Below are positions 12,886-26,041 of a stretch of DNA of 64,000 nucleotides, one piece after another. The translations under genes and the position numbers were made by a program. Within the stretch, counting starts at the first letter, position 1. Every line of letters begins with the position of its first letter. The notes under the pieces are model-generated. The model was not told the origin of the DNA. It ran no database searches and saw only the letters and a list, made by a program, of their open reading frames with translations. The stretch comes from Octopus sinensis (taxonomy: Eukaryota). The DNA lies in NCBI RefSeq assembly GCF_006345805.1, contig NC_043020.1:16120001-16184000 (forward strand). Direction: 5' to 3'.

Positions 12886-14856
12886 TTAACCCCTGCTTTC
12901 TGATATATGATGATTTTGATTGTTCTCACTGGTCTTGCGGGTCTTCTCACGCACAGCATACTTCCATAGGTCTCGGTCTCTGGTCATTTCCTTGGTGAGA
13001 CCTAGAGTTCGAAGGTCGTGCTTCACCACCTCGACCCAGGTTTTCCTGGGTCTACCTCTTCCACAGGTCCCCTCAACTGCCAGGGTGTGGCACTTTTTCA
13101 CACACCTATCTTCATCCATTCTCACCACATGACCATACCAGCGCAATCGTCTCTCTTGCACACAACATCTGATTCCTCTTAGGTCCAACTTTTCTCTCAA
13201 GGTACTTACACTCTGTCGACTATGAACACTGACATTACACATCCAACGGACCATACTAGCTTCATTTCTCGTGAGCTTACACATGTCCTCAGCAGTCACG
13301 GCCCATGTTTCACTGCCATGTAGCATGGCTGTTCGTACACATGCATCATACAGTCTGCCTTTTACTCTGAGCGAGAGGCCTTTAGTCACCAACAGAGGTA
13401 AGAGCTCCCTAAACTTTGCCCAGGCTATCTTACTCTAGCCGTTACACTTTCAGCACACCCACCCCCACTACTGACTTGGTCACCAAGATAACGGAAGCTA
13501 TCAACTACTTCTAGTTTTTCCCCCTGGAAAGTGACGGAAGTTGTTTTCTGCAGATTTTCAGAGGTTAATGCTCCCGAGCATCTGCCACATACAAAAAACC
13601 ATTTTCCTAGTTAGCCTTCCTATGACATTGCTGCACCTCTTATGTGTCCATAGCTTACACTTGGTGCATCTTATAGAGTTTCTACCTACACCTTTTCTAC
13701 AGATCGAGCAGGGCCATCTACCTGAAGGCGTTTGTGATTTGTCTACCTTCCTACTTATTACGACTTTGGTTTTAGCTAGGTTGACTCTAAGGCCCTTCGA
13801 TTCTAAACCATGCTTCCACACCTGAAACTTCTTCTCCAGTTCTGATAATGACTCAGCAATTAGAGCAAGGTCATCAGCATAGAGGAGCTCCCAGGGGCAT
13901 CCTGTCTTGAATTCCTCCGTTATTGCCTGGAGGACTATGATAAATAGGAGGGGGCTGAGGACTGAGCCTTGGTGGACCCCTACCTCTACCCGGAATTCTT
14001 CACTGTACTCATTTCCAACCCTCACCTTACTAGCAGCATCCCTGTACATGGCTTGCACAGCTCTCACTAACCATTCTTCTATTCCTAGTTTCCTCATTGA
14101 CCACCATATGAGGGATCGGGGGACCCTATCGAAGGCTTTCTCCATGTCAACAAAAGCCAGGTACAGGGCCTTATCTTTGGCTAGGTATTTCTCCTGCAGC
14201 TGCCTTACCAGGAATATAGCATCAGTGGTACTTTTCCCTGGCACGAAACCAAACTGCATCTCATCTAAACTAACTCTCTCTCTAATTAGTTGGCTTATGA
14301 CCCTCTCTGTAACCTTCATCACCTGATCCAACAGCTTGATACCTCTGTAATTATTTGTATCTAGGGCATCACCTTTACCTTTGTAACAGTTGACTATTAT
14401 GCTGCTACACCAGTCATTGGGTATGACTCCTTCAAGTATCACCTGATTAACTATACAGGTGACTAGGCTATAGCCGACACTACCAGATATTTTGAGCATC
14501 TCTGCAGTGATACCTGATGGGCCTGGGGCTTTCCCTGTCTTCATGCTTCTAATTGCCTTAGCTACTAAGGAACTATCAACCCTGATAGCTGGTCCCTCTG
14601 TTGGGTCAACGTTCGGCAGACTCTCTTTATCCCATTCATTTTCTTTATTCAGCAACCTTTCATAGTGGCATCTCCAAGCCTCTCTCTTTGCATCCTCGTT
14701 TAGCGCAAGTGAACCATCTTCCATGCGAACACACTTCTCTCCCACCACATCACAATTCTCTCTCACACACTGTCTTGCAACGCGAAACACCTCCAGTCTT
14801 TGGTCCTCACGGCGCAGAACATTGGCAAATTTTTTCTTATCTGCTTCCCCTCTGGC
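12886..14856 (-). pseudogene. RTE reverse transcriptase (endonuclease domain missing); +1 and -1 frameshifts near 13595 and 13428
   Basis: RT motifs in the ORF track; frameshifts inferred by comparison with the copies at 15422-16839 and 18310-19460. Confidence 0.9.
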
Positions 14857-14875
14857 TATGTATTTATGTATGTAT

Positions 14876-14929
<54 letters not shown>

Positions 14930-14946
14930 GTGTGTGTGTTTGTGCA

Positions 14947-14998
<52 letters not shown>

Positions 14999-15164
14999 TG
15001 GCATTGTATCATATATCTGGAAAAGAAACACATTCTAATGCTCGTCTCTGACTTTAGTGTCTGATGTGATGTCGTTGGGGCTAAGCTCTTTCCGGATGCA
15101 AAACCATTTGTCACTCTATGACCGGACATAAACTCAACTACATATATATATATATATATATATA

Positions 15165-15401
15165 TACCTATTTCTTTATTACCCACAAGGGGCTAAACAC
15201 AGAGGCGACAAACAAGGACAGACATAGGTATTAAGTCGATTACATCGACCCCAGTGCGTAACTGGTACTTAATTTATCGACCCCGAAAGGATGAAAGGCA
15301 AAGTCGACCTTGGAAGAATTTGAACTCACAACATAATGGCAGACGAAATACCGCTAAGCATTTCGCCCGGCGTACTAACGTTTCTGCCAGCGTGCCACCT
15401 T
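15165..15401 (-). mobile_element. SINE-C
   Basis: Near-consensus copy (GACGAAATACCGCTAAGCATTTCGCCCGGCG). Confidence 0.85.
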
Positions 15402-15421
15402 ATGGTATATGTATATATACC

Positions 15422-16839
15422 ATCAGCTGGTAAGTTGAAGAGCTGCACCAGACTCCCGTCTGATTTCTATGGCTTGATGCCCTCCATAATGCCAACCACT
15501 CTGAGAGTGTAATAGGTGATTTACGTGCCACCAGCATGGTTGCCAGTTGGGTGACACTGATATCTATCATGACTATGTTTTCACTTGACTTGATGGGTCT
15601 TCTTCTCAAGCATAGCATATTGCCTATTTGCCACTGCCTCCATGCGACCCAACATTTGAAGATCATGCTTCACCACCTCATCCCATGTCTTCCTGGGTCT
15701 ACCTCTTCCACAGCTTCCTTCCACTGGCAGAGATCAGCACTTCTTCACACTGCTGTCCATATCCATATGCATCACATGACCATACCAATGTAGTTGTCTC
15801 TCTTGCACATCACATTCGATGTCTCTTGTGCCCATCTCTTCTTTCAGGATGCTTACACTCTGTCATTCATGCGCACTGACATTGCATATCCAGTGAAGCA
15901 TACTAGCTTAATTTCTTTCAAGCTTATGCAGTCCTAGGCAGTCACAGTCTATGTTCCACTGCCGTGTAGCATAGCTATTTGCACACAGGCATCATACAAT
16001 CTACCTTCCACTCTGAGGGAGAGGCCCTTTGTTACCAACAGAGATAAGAGCTCTCTGAGCTTTGCCTAATCTATTCTTATTCTAGCAGCTACACTCTTGG
16101 AGTGTTCACCCCACCCACCTACTGGCTTGGTCACCTAGGTAAAGGAAGCTATCAACTATTTCTAGTTTTCCCCACTGGCATTTGATGGAGTCTATTTTCA
16201 GTATACCTTCCACACACAGAAATTAGTTTCCCTGTTAACCTTCTTCTGATATTGTTGCATCTCTTATGTGTCCATAGCTTACATGAGGTACATCTTATGG
16301 AATTCCCACCTATGCATTTTCTACAGATTGAGCAGGGCCCTCTACCTGAAGGGATTGTGATTTGTTTGCTTTCCTGTTTACAAAGACTTCGGTTTCTGCT
16401 AGGTTAACTATAAAGCCCTTCAATTCAAGACCTTGCTTCGACACATGAAACTTCTTCTCTAGTTCTGGTAGTGATTCAGCTATAAGAACAAGGTCATCAG
16501 CATAGAGGAGTTCCTAGCAGCAGCCTGTCTTAAATTCCTCTGTTATTGCCTGGAGGACTATGATGAATGAGAGGGGGCTGAGGACTGATCTTTGGTGAAC
16601 CCCTACTTCTACCCGGAATTCTTCACTGTACTCGTTACCAACCCTCACCTTACTGACAGTATCTCTGCACATGGCTTGTACAGCTCTCACCAACCACTTG
16701 TCTATACCCAGTTTCTGCATTGACCACCAGGTAAGGGATTGGAGGACCCTGTCAAAGGCTTTTTCCATGTCAACAAAAGCCAAGTACAGAAGTTTATCTT
16801 TAGCCATGTATTTCTCCTGCAGTTGCCTTACCAGAAATA
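15422..16839 (-). mobile_element. RTE LINE copy 2, degraded
   Basis: ORF 16807-16514 gives FVDMEKAFD...HQRSVLSP; colinear with copy 1. Confidence 0.9.
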
Positions 16840-17879
16840 ATAATTTCAGGGGAAAATGTGTGATTTAAGAGAGATCTGGCTGTTGTTTCTAGTGCATCCC
16901 AAAACCTCCCTCCTCATTTCTTTCTCACTCACACATCTATTGATATTTTTCAATATTTTTATCTCCATAAACAAATTTTATGGAATGATGATATCAGAGT
17001 AACACACGTGTAATCCCAACTGAGTGAGGCTGTGTTATGTGTGCGTGTAAGAAAAAACACCTAAAAACATCTTTAGTCTTTATATTAATCTATCAATTGT
17101 AATGCTCATTTGTTCATGTTATTTTGAATTATTTGAAATTTTGTCAGTGGGTGCTTTATATACCGCTGGTTTATAGTTATGCAATTTTAGCTGATCTTGC
17201 TGGGTAAATTTGACTTTTATGGGCAGGTAAATTGAATTAACAGGTGTAAAAGCACAACTTATGGATAGACACTAAAATTGAAATTCTTAATGCATCTTAC
17301 CTGTTTAATTTGTTACTAAAATTATCCCAGGTGGCAACCGACAAAAATTTTGCCCCTTTTCAATATGAGGTACATTAATTTGAATGAATTAAAATACAGG
17401 TATAATTAGTGCAAGATTTTATTCTTTCAGTAAATATTTTGTACCTCGGTGTGGAATAATTTTTTTCCCCAGTTTTTTTACAGGTGCATTCAACGTATCT
17501 GACCTCCAAACCCACCACAAGCCACTTTATTCCAGAAAAGAAAGGTGGAAAGAGTAGTGGGGACTTCGAAGTTTCCTACCAAGGGGGCTTCATTTTACTG
17601 GTCTTTTTTTCTTTTCCAGGTTATTTTACATGCTTTCAATGAATGTCACAGCAAAATCAAGCATAACCGGCTTCTTTTTCCAGAAAAGGAAAGATTTGAC
17701 TGTTATTTCTAGCATGCCCTGCTACCACGTAACAGCTATTTGCATTCACACCGAAATATTTACCAACTTTATCCTTCCATTTATTTTTTCCCTTTTATGG
17801 AAGTCAATATTTTCTCTCTTGACATCCACCTCAACGAGATCATGGATCAAGTGGAAACACATCAATCACTGTTCCCTCT

Positions 17880-18305
17880 TGACAGGACAAAGAACGCATA
17901 AATTAGATCTTTATTATTGAATCTTTAAAATTTATATTTCAGAACAATTATTTCCTATTTGATGACACGTACTATCATCAAAAATGCGGAATTGCGATGG
18001 GAATGAAAGCAGTCCTGTTCTTGTGAACCTGATAATTGGTTATTTTGAATTCACCATATATAAAGTGTCACTTCAAAAATACGGTTATCCATTTCACCAT
18101 TACATAAGAGAAAGTTGGAAAAGATACCTAGATGACTATTTTATCATTTGGAAGGAGACCGTCGACAAACTTTTTGAATTCAAATCAACTAAATGATATA
18201 AATAGTAACATTCAATTCAGAATGGAATACGGCAAAGAACAGCTTGCATTTTTGGATATTATGATAAAAAAAGTCAACAACCAAATTATAACTGACATGT
18301 ATCAT
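17880..18305 (+). mobile_element. Penelope-like element RT fragment
   Basis: Frames read NNYFLFDDTYYHQKCGIAMG, WKRYLDD, LNDINSNIQFRME and FLDIMI, which are PLE RT motifs. Confidence 0.8.
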
Positions 18306-18309
18306 GGAA

Positions 18310-19460
18310 GCCATCCAAGGTGGCGCTGGCATTGGCAACATTCAGGTAGTGCTTTTTACATGCCACTGGCACAGGGATCACAACTACAATTTCCATTTGA
18401 GTGTGATTTGATTTGATTTTGATGTACTTGATTCAATAGGTCTCCTCAAGCACGGCATGAGACCCTACGATCCAAGGTACTTTTGAGTGGGCTGGTTATG
18501 CGACCCTGGTGTGGGTTACAGCTGTGAACTCACTTTATTTGCAGGGTCTTCTCAGTCACAGCATATCTCCAGAGGCCACGATCTTTTGTCAATCCCTCTG
18601 TGAGGCCCAACGTTCGAAGGTTACACTTCACCACCTCATCCCATGTCTTCTTGGGTCTCTCTCTACCCCAGATTCCTTCCACTGTTTGGGAGTGGCACTT
18701 CTTCGCATGGCTCTCCTAATCCATCTATAATACATGACCATACCAATGCAAACGTCTCTCTTGCATGTCACATCCTGATCCATCTGTAATACATGACCAT
18801 ACCAATGCAAACGTCTCTCTTGCATGTCACATCCAATGCTTCTTATGTCCAACATTTCTCTCAGGGCGCATACACTGTCGTGTGTGTACACTGACATTAC
18901 ACATCCAGCGGATCATGCTAGCTTCATTTCTTTCGAGCCTACACATGTCTTCAGCAGTCACATGGCAGTTCGCACATATGCATCATACAATCTACCTTTC
19001 ACTCTGAGCGAGAGGCCCTTTGTCACCTGTAGAGGTAGTAGCTTTCTGAACTTTGCCCAGGCTATTCTTATTCTAGTGGTAACACTCTCTGAGCATCCAC
19101 CCCCAATACAGACTTGGTCACCTAGATAGCGGAAGCTATCAACTACTTCTAGTTTCTTCCCCTGGCATGTGATGAAATCTGTTTTCTGAGCATCTGTGGT
19201 GCTTATTGCCCCTGTACATCTGCTGCACATGAAAGCTATCTTCCTGGTTAATCTTCTTTGATGCTTTTGCACCTCTTATGTGTCCATAGCTTACGCTGGG
19301 TACATCTTATGGAGTTTCTACCTACATCTTTTCTACAGATTGAGCAGAGCCACCTATCTGAATGGGTGTGTGATGTGTTCACCTTCTTACTTACTATAAC
19401 TTTGGTCTTTGCGACATTGACTCTAAGGCCCTTCGATTCTAAACCTAGCTTCCACACTGG
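18310..19460 (-). mobile_element. RTE LINE copy 3, degraded, with an internal ~58-bp tandem duplication near 18720-18835
   Basis: CSICRKDVGRNSIRC, VDSFRYLGD, KGLSLRVKGRLYD. Confidence 0.88.
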
Positions 19461-19884
19461 TAATAATAATTTCTATAATTCTTATTACCCTAATATTATT
19501 TATTATGTTTAAATATTTTTTGATAGATTTGTTTGAAATTTTTACAGGCATCCTCTCTGTTGCCGGAAATAAACTACATCGATGCAGTTGTTTTGAAAAA
19601 TTAGGATATACAGGCGAATCTTGTTGTGTGTATATTTGAAATCTAAAGGCTTCCTACTGATGAAACTAACCTCAATGAATATTTTTGCACTGGAATGAGT
19701 TAGAAACCATGGAATAGGAACTAAATTAGATGGTAAACGTTTTTAATTTTCAATCCTTTCGAGAATTTATCCATAATTAGTGGTTTGAGTTTTCTACTGT
19801 TCTTTCTAGCACAAGGCTTTCCTATTTGGAAGCCTCTTAATGTGTTCTAATGTACACGATATTTATATATATATATATATATAT

Positions 19885-20387
19885 AGAACCTTCAATCCTT
19901 CAATTCGATCTTCACCATTCACTATCATTTCTTCTCCAACTTACAGCGATGTCCATAAGCAAGCTAAGAAGATTTTCTCCCTTCTTTTTCATACATACAT
20001 ACATACATTTGTCTACCGTTTAAATGTTTTGAACTTATAACCACCAATCTGCTTTGCTTTCCTTTTCTTTCTCTATGCCACCCAAAAAAACATCGCCATT
20101 CCCCCGCCCGTTTCTCTAAAGAACCTTCAATCCTTCAATTCGATCTTCACCATTCACTATCATTTCTTCTCCGACTTACAGCGATGTCCATAAGCAAGCT
20201 AAGAAGATTTTCTCCCTTCTTTTTCATACATACATACATACATTTGTCTACCGTTTAAATGTTTTGAACTATAACCACCAATCTGCTTTGCTTTCCTTTT
20301 CTTTCTCTATGCCACCCTAAAAAACATCGCCATTCCCGCCCGTTTCTCTAAAGAACCTTCAATCCTTTAATTCGATCTTCACCATTC
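19885..20387. repeat. Tandem repeat, ~235-bp unit x2 plus a partial third
   Basis: AGAACCTTCAATCCTT(C/T)AATTCGATC at 19885, 20120 and 20352. Confidence 0.9.
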
Positions 20388-21709
20388 GCGGTGCGCCCGC
20401 CCTTTCCCACCCCCACCACCAATACCGGTGAACACTGTTCTCACCCCCACCACCAATACCGGTGAACACTGTTCTCACCGTTCACACCATCTACACCGGA
20501 TATGCACTCCCTCACCACCATTATGTGTGTCTCTCCCTCCTACCCCTCCTCCTCACATGCTTTCACTGTGTGTTACCCCCCCCACCAAGACAAGCAACTA
20601 GCGCCGCAGCTCATCAACCCCCCCACCTATCCTACGTTTCCTCCTGTTTTTGAATCTGTCACACTGCCTCAACCGGCTATCTCCTTCCAGTCACCTCCCC
20701 CACTCGTGAAGTCCTACGTTTTATTTCCTACGAACCTGCATCACCCTAGCTGTCATCGTTCCTCACCCCAACGCTCCCCACTGTGCTTCCCTATATTACC
20801 TGCACCCCCAAAAAGCACCATCCGAATGTGACTGATGCCAGCGCCGCCTTGGCTGGCTTCCGTGCCGCTGACACGTTAAAAGCTCGAACCGATCGTGATC
20901 GATGCCAGACCCACCCTGGCACCTGTGCAGGTGGCACGTAAAAAGCACCACACTCCACTCGCGGAGTGGTTGTCATCTAGCACCCGAGCGCAGATAAGTT
21001 TGAATGCTTATTTATTTTCACTTCTCGATCGATCATACATGCTTTCTTATCTATCTAACTATTTTTATCTAAATTTTCTATCTATCTAATTATTTAACTA
21101 ATTTATCCATTTCTCCTCTCGACTATTAACTAATTTATTTATCATTTCTCCTCTCTCTCGACTTATCCGCCATCTTGAAGCCTGTTCCTTTAATACACTT
21201 CCGCCTTGTCCAAAAATTCCTCTTCCGGACAATTTTTACTTAAAAAAAAGGCAGCCCCAACATTGCTCTCTCATTCATTCATCTAGCACCCGAGCGCAGA
21301 TAAGTTTGAATGCTTATTTATTTTCACTTCTCGATCGATCATACATGCTTTCTTATCTATCTAACTATTTTTATCTAATTTTCTATCTATCTAATTATTT
21401 AACTAATTTATCCATTTCTCTCTCTCGACTATAATCAACCATCGTGTATTCGCGGTGCACCCGCCCTGCCCACCCCCACCCCCACCACCAATACCGGATA
21501 TCTCTATATTTTTGCTCCATCTATACCGGATGTCGCTTCTTCCCACCACCATTATAGGTGTCTACTCTTCGAACCCCTCTTCAATACGCTATTTCAGCAT
21601 GCATTACCCCTCTCTTGATATCCTACGTTCTACTTGCCTAGAACCTGCATCATTCCCTGAACCACCCCTCCCCACTGGTGCTCCCTAAAATTCTGCACCC
21701 CCCCCCACA

Positions 21710-21952
21710 TAAAAAGCACCATCCGAACGTGGCCGATGCCAGACCCCTCTGGCACCTTGTGCAGGTGGCACGTAAAAAACACCCACTACACTCGCGGAGT
21801 GGTTGGCGTTAGGAAGGGCATCCAGCTGTAGAAACACTGCCAGACTAGACTGGAGCCTGGGGCAGTCCCTAGCTCCCCAGACCCCGGTCGAAACCGTCCA
21901 ACCCGTGCTAGCGCGGAAAACGGACGTTAAACGATGATGATGATGATGATGA
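21710..21952 (+). mobile_element. RTE LINE 3' end with (GAT)n tail
   Basis: GGCGTTAGGAAGGGCATCCAGCTGTAGAAAC...GTTAAACGATGATG. Confidence 0.85.
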
Positions 21953-21961
21953 CACACACAT

Positions 21962-22009
<48 letters not shown>

Positions 22010-22014
22010 TGATT

Positions 22015-22350
22015 GTGAAGTCATATGGCTCAGTGGTTAGAGCGTCGAGCTTACGATCGTGAGGTTGTGAGTTCGAATCCCGGATTAGGCTGTGTATTGC
22101 GTTCTTGAGCAAGACACTTTTTTCACATTGCTCCAGTTCACTCAGCTGTAGAAATGAGTTGTGACATCACAGGTGCCAAGCTGTATCGGCCTTTGCCTTT
22201 CCCTTGTATAACACTGGTGCCATGGAGAGGGGAGGCCGGTATGCATGGGCAACTGCTGATCTTCCTTAAACAACCTTGCCCAGAACTTGTGCCTGTGAAG
22301 GTAACTTTCTAGGTGCAATCCCATGGTTAGTCATGACCGAAGAGGGTCTC
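22015..22350 (+). mobile_element. SINE-A (head A0 + tail iii)
   Basis: TGGCTCAGTGG A-box and GAGTTCGAATCC B-box; tail shared with 61345-61534. Confidence 0.8.
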
Positions 22351-22739
22351 AGCATATGGTGATTGCTCCACCTTCACAAATGATTGTTGTCTCTTCCTGC
22401 TTTCTTGTTGTCAATGGTAGTTTTGACTTTCCATCCATGACCATTCAGATGACTCTTCAGTCCACTGCAGATCTGCATGGTTGGAAGTATAAGTGACAGA
22501 CAAAAGTTATTATAACTTATTATGCACTTCCAACAAGTTACATCTGCCCACATTGCAGCTCTTCCATTGTCATAGAACTTTCAGTTGGTGGAATGGCAAA
22601 TGAGGTCACCATAAGCTCTCCAATTCCCAGCTCTGGTCAAACCATCCAACCCATGCCAACATGGAAAACAGACTTTAAAGGATGACGATGAAAATGATAT
22701 GTGTGTGTGTGTGTGTGTGTGGTGTGTGTGTGTGTGTAT

Positions 22740-23115
22740 CACCTGGATCAGCTAGGCTGTCTGGTGCCAAATTGGTTTGACTAGCCACAGCATTTGTGCG
22801 ATTCCTCTTGTGCTCTCACCATTCTCTTCGATGTTGCTCCAGACATTTTTCTTAAATAATTTTCCTACACGATTGGAGGTCTTCATAATGGTTTCTTCCA
22901 CTCACATGGGCCCCACTCAACAACTGCATGGGTCCACTGATCATCTGAGAACCTTGCAACATGACAGGCCCATTGTAGTTTTGTGTGGTGGTATTCTGTG
23001 GCAACGCCCTTTGCTCCAGTTCTGTCCTTGATCTCGTTTCAGATGTGACCTCTTAATGAGATTTCCAGAATCGACATTTTCAGGTTGACCTTTCAAGTTG
23101 CAAGAAGCCACCAAG
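22740..23115 (-). mobile_element. Second RTE-family LINE, C-terminal fragment
   Basis: The minus strand reads KLQWACHVARFSDDQWTHAVVEWGPCEWKKPL*RPP, matching the RTE W-A-G-H-V-x-R...W...GRP motif. Confidence 0.7.
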
Positions 23116-23162
23116 GAAATATATATGTGTGTGTATATATATGTATGTATATATATACATAT

Positions 23163-23460
23163 GTGGAGGCACATGGCCTAGTGGTTAGGGCAGCAGACTC
23201 GCAGGCAAGGGATCGCAGGCTTGAATCTCAGACTGGGTGATGTGTGTGTTTATGAGCAAAACACCTAAGCTCCATGCAGCTCTGGCAGAGGGTAATGTTG
23301 CACTTCTGCTGACTCTTTTGCCATAACTTTCTCTCACTCTTTCCTCCTGCATCTTGCGACTCACCTGCGATGGACTGGCATCCTGTCCAGGCGGGGAACC
23401 TATATGCCAAGGAAACCAGGAATCCAGCCCTAAAGCCAGACCTGGCTCGAGAAGGAACAA
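23163..23460 (+). mobile_element. SINE-A (head A1 + tail ii)
   Basis: Head matches 48192; tail CTGCGATGGACTGGCATCCTGTCCAG differs. Confidence 0.75.
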
Positions 23461-24380
23461 GATATATATATACATATACATATATACACACACACAAACA
23501 TCTTTTTATACATACATACATACACACACTTATATATATCCTAATGTCTTTTACATAGCCAGTTATCACTGCAAATATTTCACAACATCTTTAAAAAGTC
23601 CACCCCCTCACCTTTGAAAACAAAATAAAAGAAAACAAAGAGTTTTAAAATTCAACAATTTTAAAAATAAAATTTGAGACAAAAAAAAATCAACCCACAA
23701 ACTATTAAACAACAACAACAACAACAATAAAAACAAACATGTACAACAAACTGTAAATAACAGAGACGATGAATATTTTAACAAAACTAAATAACAAATA
23801 CACAACACAACAGTTCTGTTCTTATTTTCACCGTCTTTTTATTTCTCATTTCTTTCTGAAATTCCAGACACGTCTCTCTATTTAAGACAGTTATTATTAA
23901 TATTAATACCATTGTCTTCATATTCTCTGCAATAGTTGTTGTAGCTATTGCCTTCATTGTTAGTGTACTTTTTGTTGTTGTTGTTGGTGTTGGTGTCAGT
24001 GGTGGTGTTGGTTTTAACTGTAATTGTTAAATATTATCTCTCCCTCGCATTATCTTTATCTTCCTGTTGAAACTTCAAAAGGTTATAAGTTCTGTTGTTG
24101 TTGTTGTTGGTGTTGTTGTAGTTGGAGTCTGACCCATTGTTAGTTTCTTCATACAACTGTCCATCTGTCTATATATCTGTCTGAAAGTGAATGCGAAGAA
24201 TTGGAATAAAAGACAATTGCTATCTTACGGGATTTGTCTAAGATGATATTACATTCATTAATCTAGTTATTTATAATGATTCCACAAACAACACATCCAG
24301 TGTTCTTGTATTTCATTTAATATACACACATACAAATATATATATATGTATATATGTATATATGTATATTATAATATATA

Positions 24381-24436
<56 letters not shown>

Positions 24437-24845
24437 CATACAAAACACATACATATATATATATATATATTGTATATGTATACATATATATTTACCACAA
24501 ATATGTGTGTGTGTATAAATATATATACATATACAGTGTATATATATATAAATTTTTTCATATATATATAATATACACATTATATATACACACATATGCA
24601 CTGTATATGTATATATACACACATATATATAAATATATATGTATGTCTATATAAGTATATTTACATAAACATATATTTACATGTATGTGTGTGCGTGTGT
24701 GTGTGTGTGGTGTGCGTGTGCATATTGATCTACCTCGTTATCTACTTATATATCCATCAGCTTTCTCTTAGTTACTCTATTTCTGTTTCTCATTCAGTCT
24801 CTGTCTCCCTCGCCCCCACCCCACAGAGACAGTCATATGTTTACA

Positions 24846-24907
<62 letters not shown>

Positions 24908-25127
24908 ACATAAGATAAATAAAAGTATAATAGCAAGCATACAAGATATATTCTTGATTTATTGAAATTATCTCTTCTTTCGGAAAGAGGAGACCAATCA
25001 CTTGGTAGAAATTGCTGCCATCTCTAATGAGAAGGGGAGATAATCTTCAGAATGCCAAATTCCTGGAATTTAACTTGCCATTAAATAAAAGACAAATAAA
25101 CATACATACATGGATACATACATATAT

Positions 25128-25163
<36 letters not shown>

Positions 25164-25187
25164 CATATATATATATATATAATATAT

Positions 25188-25250
<63 letters not shown>

Positions 25251-25358
25251 ATGGAGAAATTGTACAAAATGTATAAATGGACGATGAGTAAGGTACCGGC
25301 ACAGTTTCGATTACCCAATAAAGTCTATTTCACATTCCATATCTATTTTATTAATATT

Positions 25359-25410
<52 letters not shown>

Positions 25411-25524
25411 TACATACACACACACATAAACTTACATGTGTAGATATAGATATATATACAGCAGCAACAGCGACAACAACACCAGCAGGTACAGTACCAA
25501 CAGCACATCCTCATGGTGAGGCAT

Positions 25525-25835
25525 TGGATGTTCCAGGAACTCTTTCAAGCAATGGCCCTCCAGCCACAGGTCCTCTTTCAGAGTTCTGGAAAGGAGATAT
25601 GTAACATCACTGGCCAGCCACGTCTGGCAACTAAGAGATGATGGGGTTCCATACTCAATCTCATGCAAGATCCTCGGGATCCCACGCTTCTACATCAACA
25701 GGACGAAGAATTGCAAGTTATGCATAACTGAATGCACAAGAATCCTAAAAGACTCATTCAAACCAGGGAGCATCCTTAATTCCAGAACGGAGGTCTTGAG
25801 ACCATGCTTATATTTCAGGAAATTCATGCTGGCCT
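25525..25835 (+). mobile_element. Penelope-like GIY-YIG endonuclease C-terminal fragment
   Basis: Reads [18 protein letters not shown]...TSLASHVWQLRDDGVPYSISCKIL...YINRTKNCKLCITE...LNSRTEVLRPC. Confidence 0.75.
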
Positions 25836-25943
25836 ATTAGAACCCACAGGATAACAGGGTACAGGTAATTGACAGCCAATTCTCTGTTGTTAACATTAGG
25901 TAGCAAGGTCATTTCCATATGCTAGAGAGGCCTTAAGCCAACA

Positions 25944-26017
25944 GGTTTTGGGATCTGATGATACGTTGTTAAGATAAGTGCTTTATGGACATGAAACCAA
26001 AGGTAATCCTATAAACC
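25944..26017 (+). ncRNA. Candidate type I hammerhead ribozyme
   Basis: CTGATGA 25955-61, GAAAC 25993-97, helix III ACC-AAA-GGT, GUA site 26003-05, 11-bp helix I with one bulge; helix II imperfect. Confidence 0.65.
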
Positions 26018-26041
26018 AGCCAATTCTAAAATTTATATCAT

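Larger units (their letters stand above)
11790..14856 (-). mobile_element. RTE-clade LINE, 5'-truncated, young
   Basis: RT ORF 14790-13558 (QFGFVPG, FVDMEKAFD, HQGSVLSP, YADD), C-terminal ORF 13392-12886 (RRLRWYGHV, GRGRPRKTW), 3'UTR minisatellite, (GAT)n tail at 11790-11816. Confidence 0.95.

Noticed and set aside
22370-22630. Possible BovB-like RTE C-terminus on the minus strand (GLKSHL)
   Set aside because: Too degraded to support.
24960-25052. CTGAAGA plus stem on the minus strand
   Set aside because: The stem is followed by TTTC rather than GAAA; it is only an imperfect palindrome, not a hammerhead.
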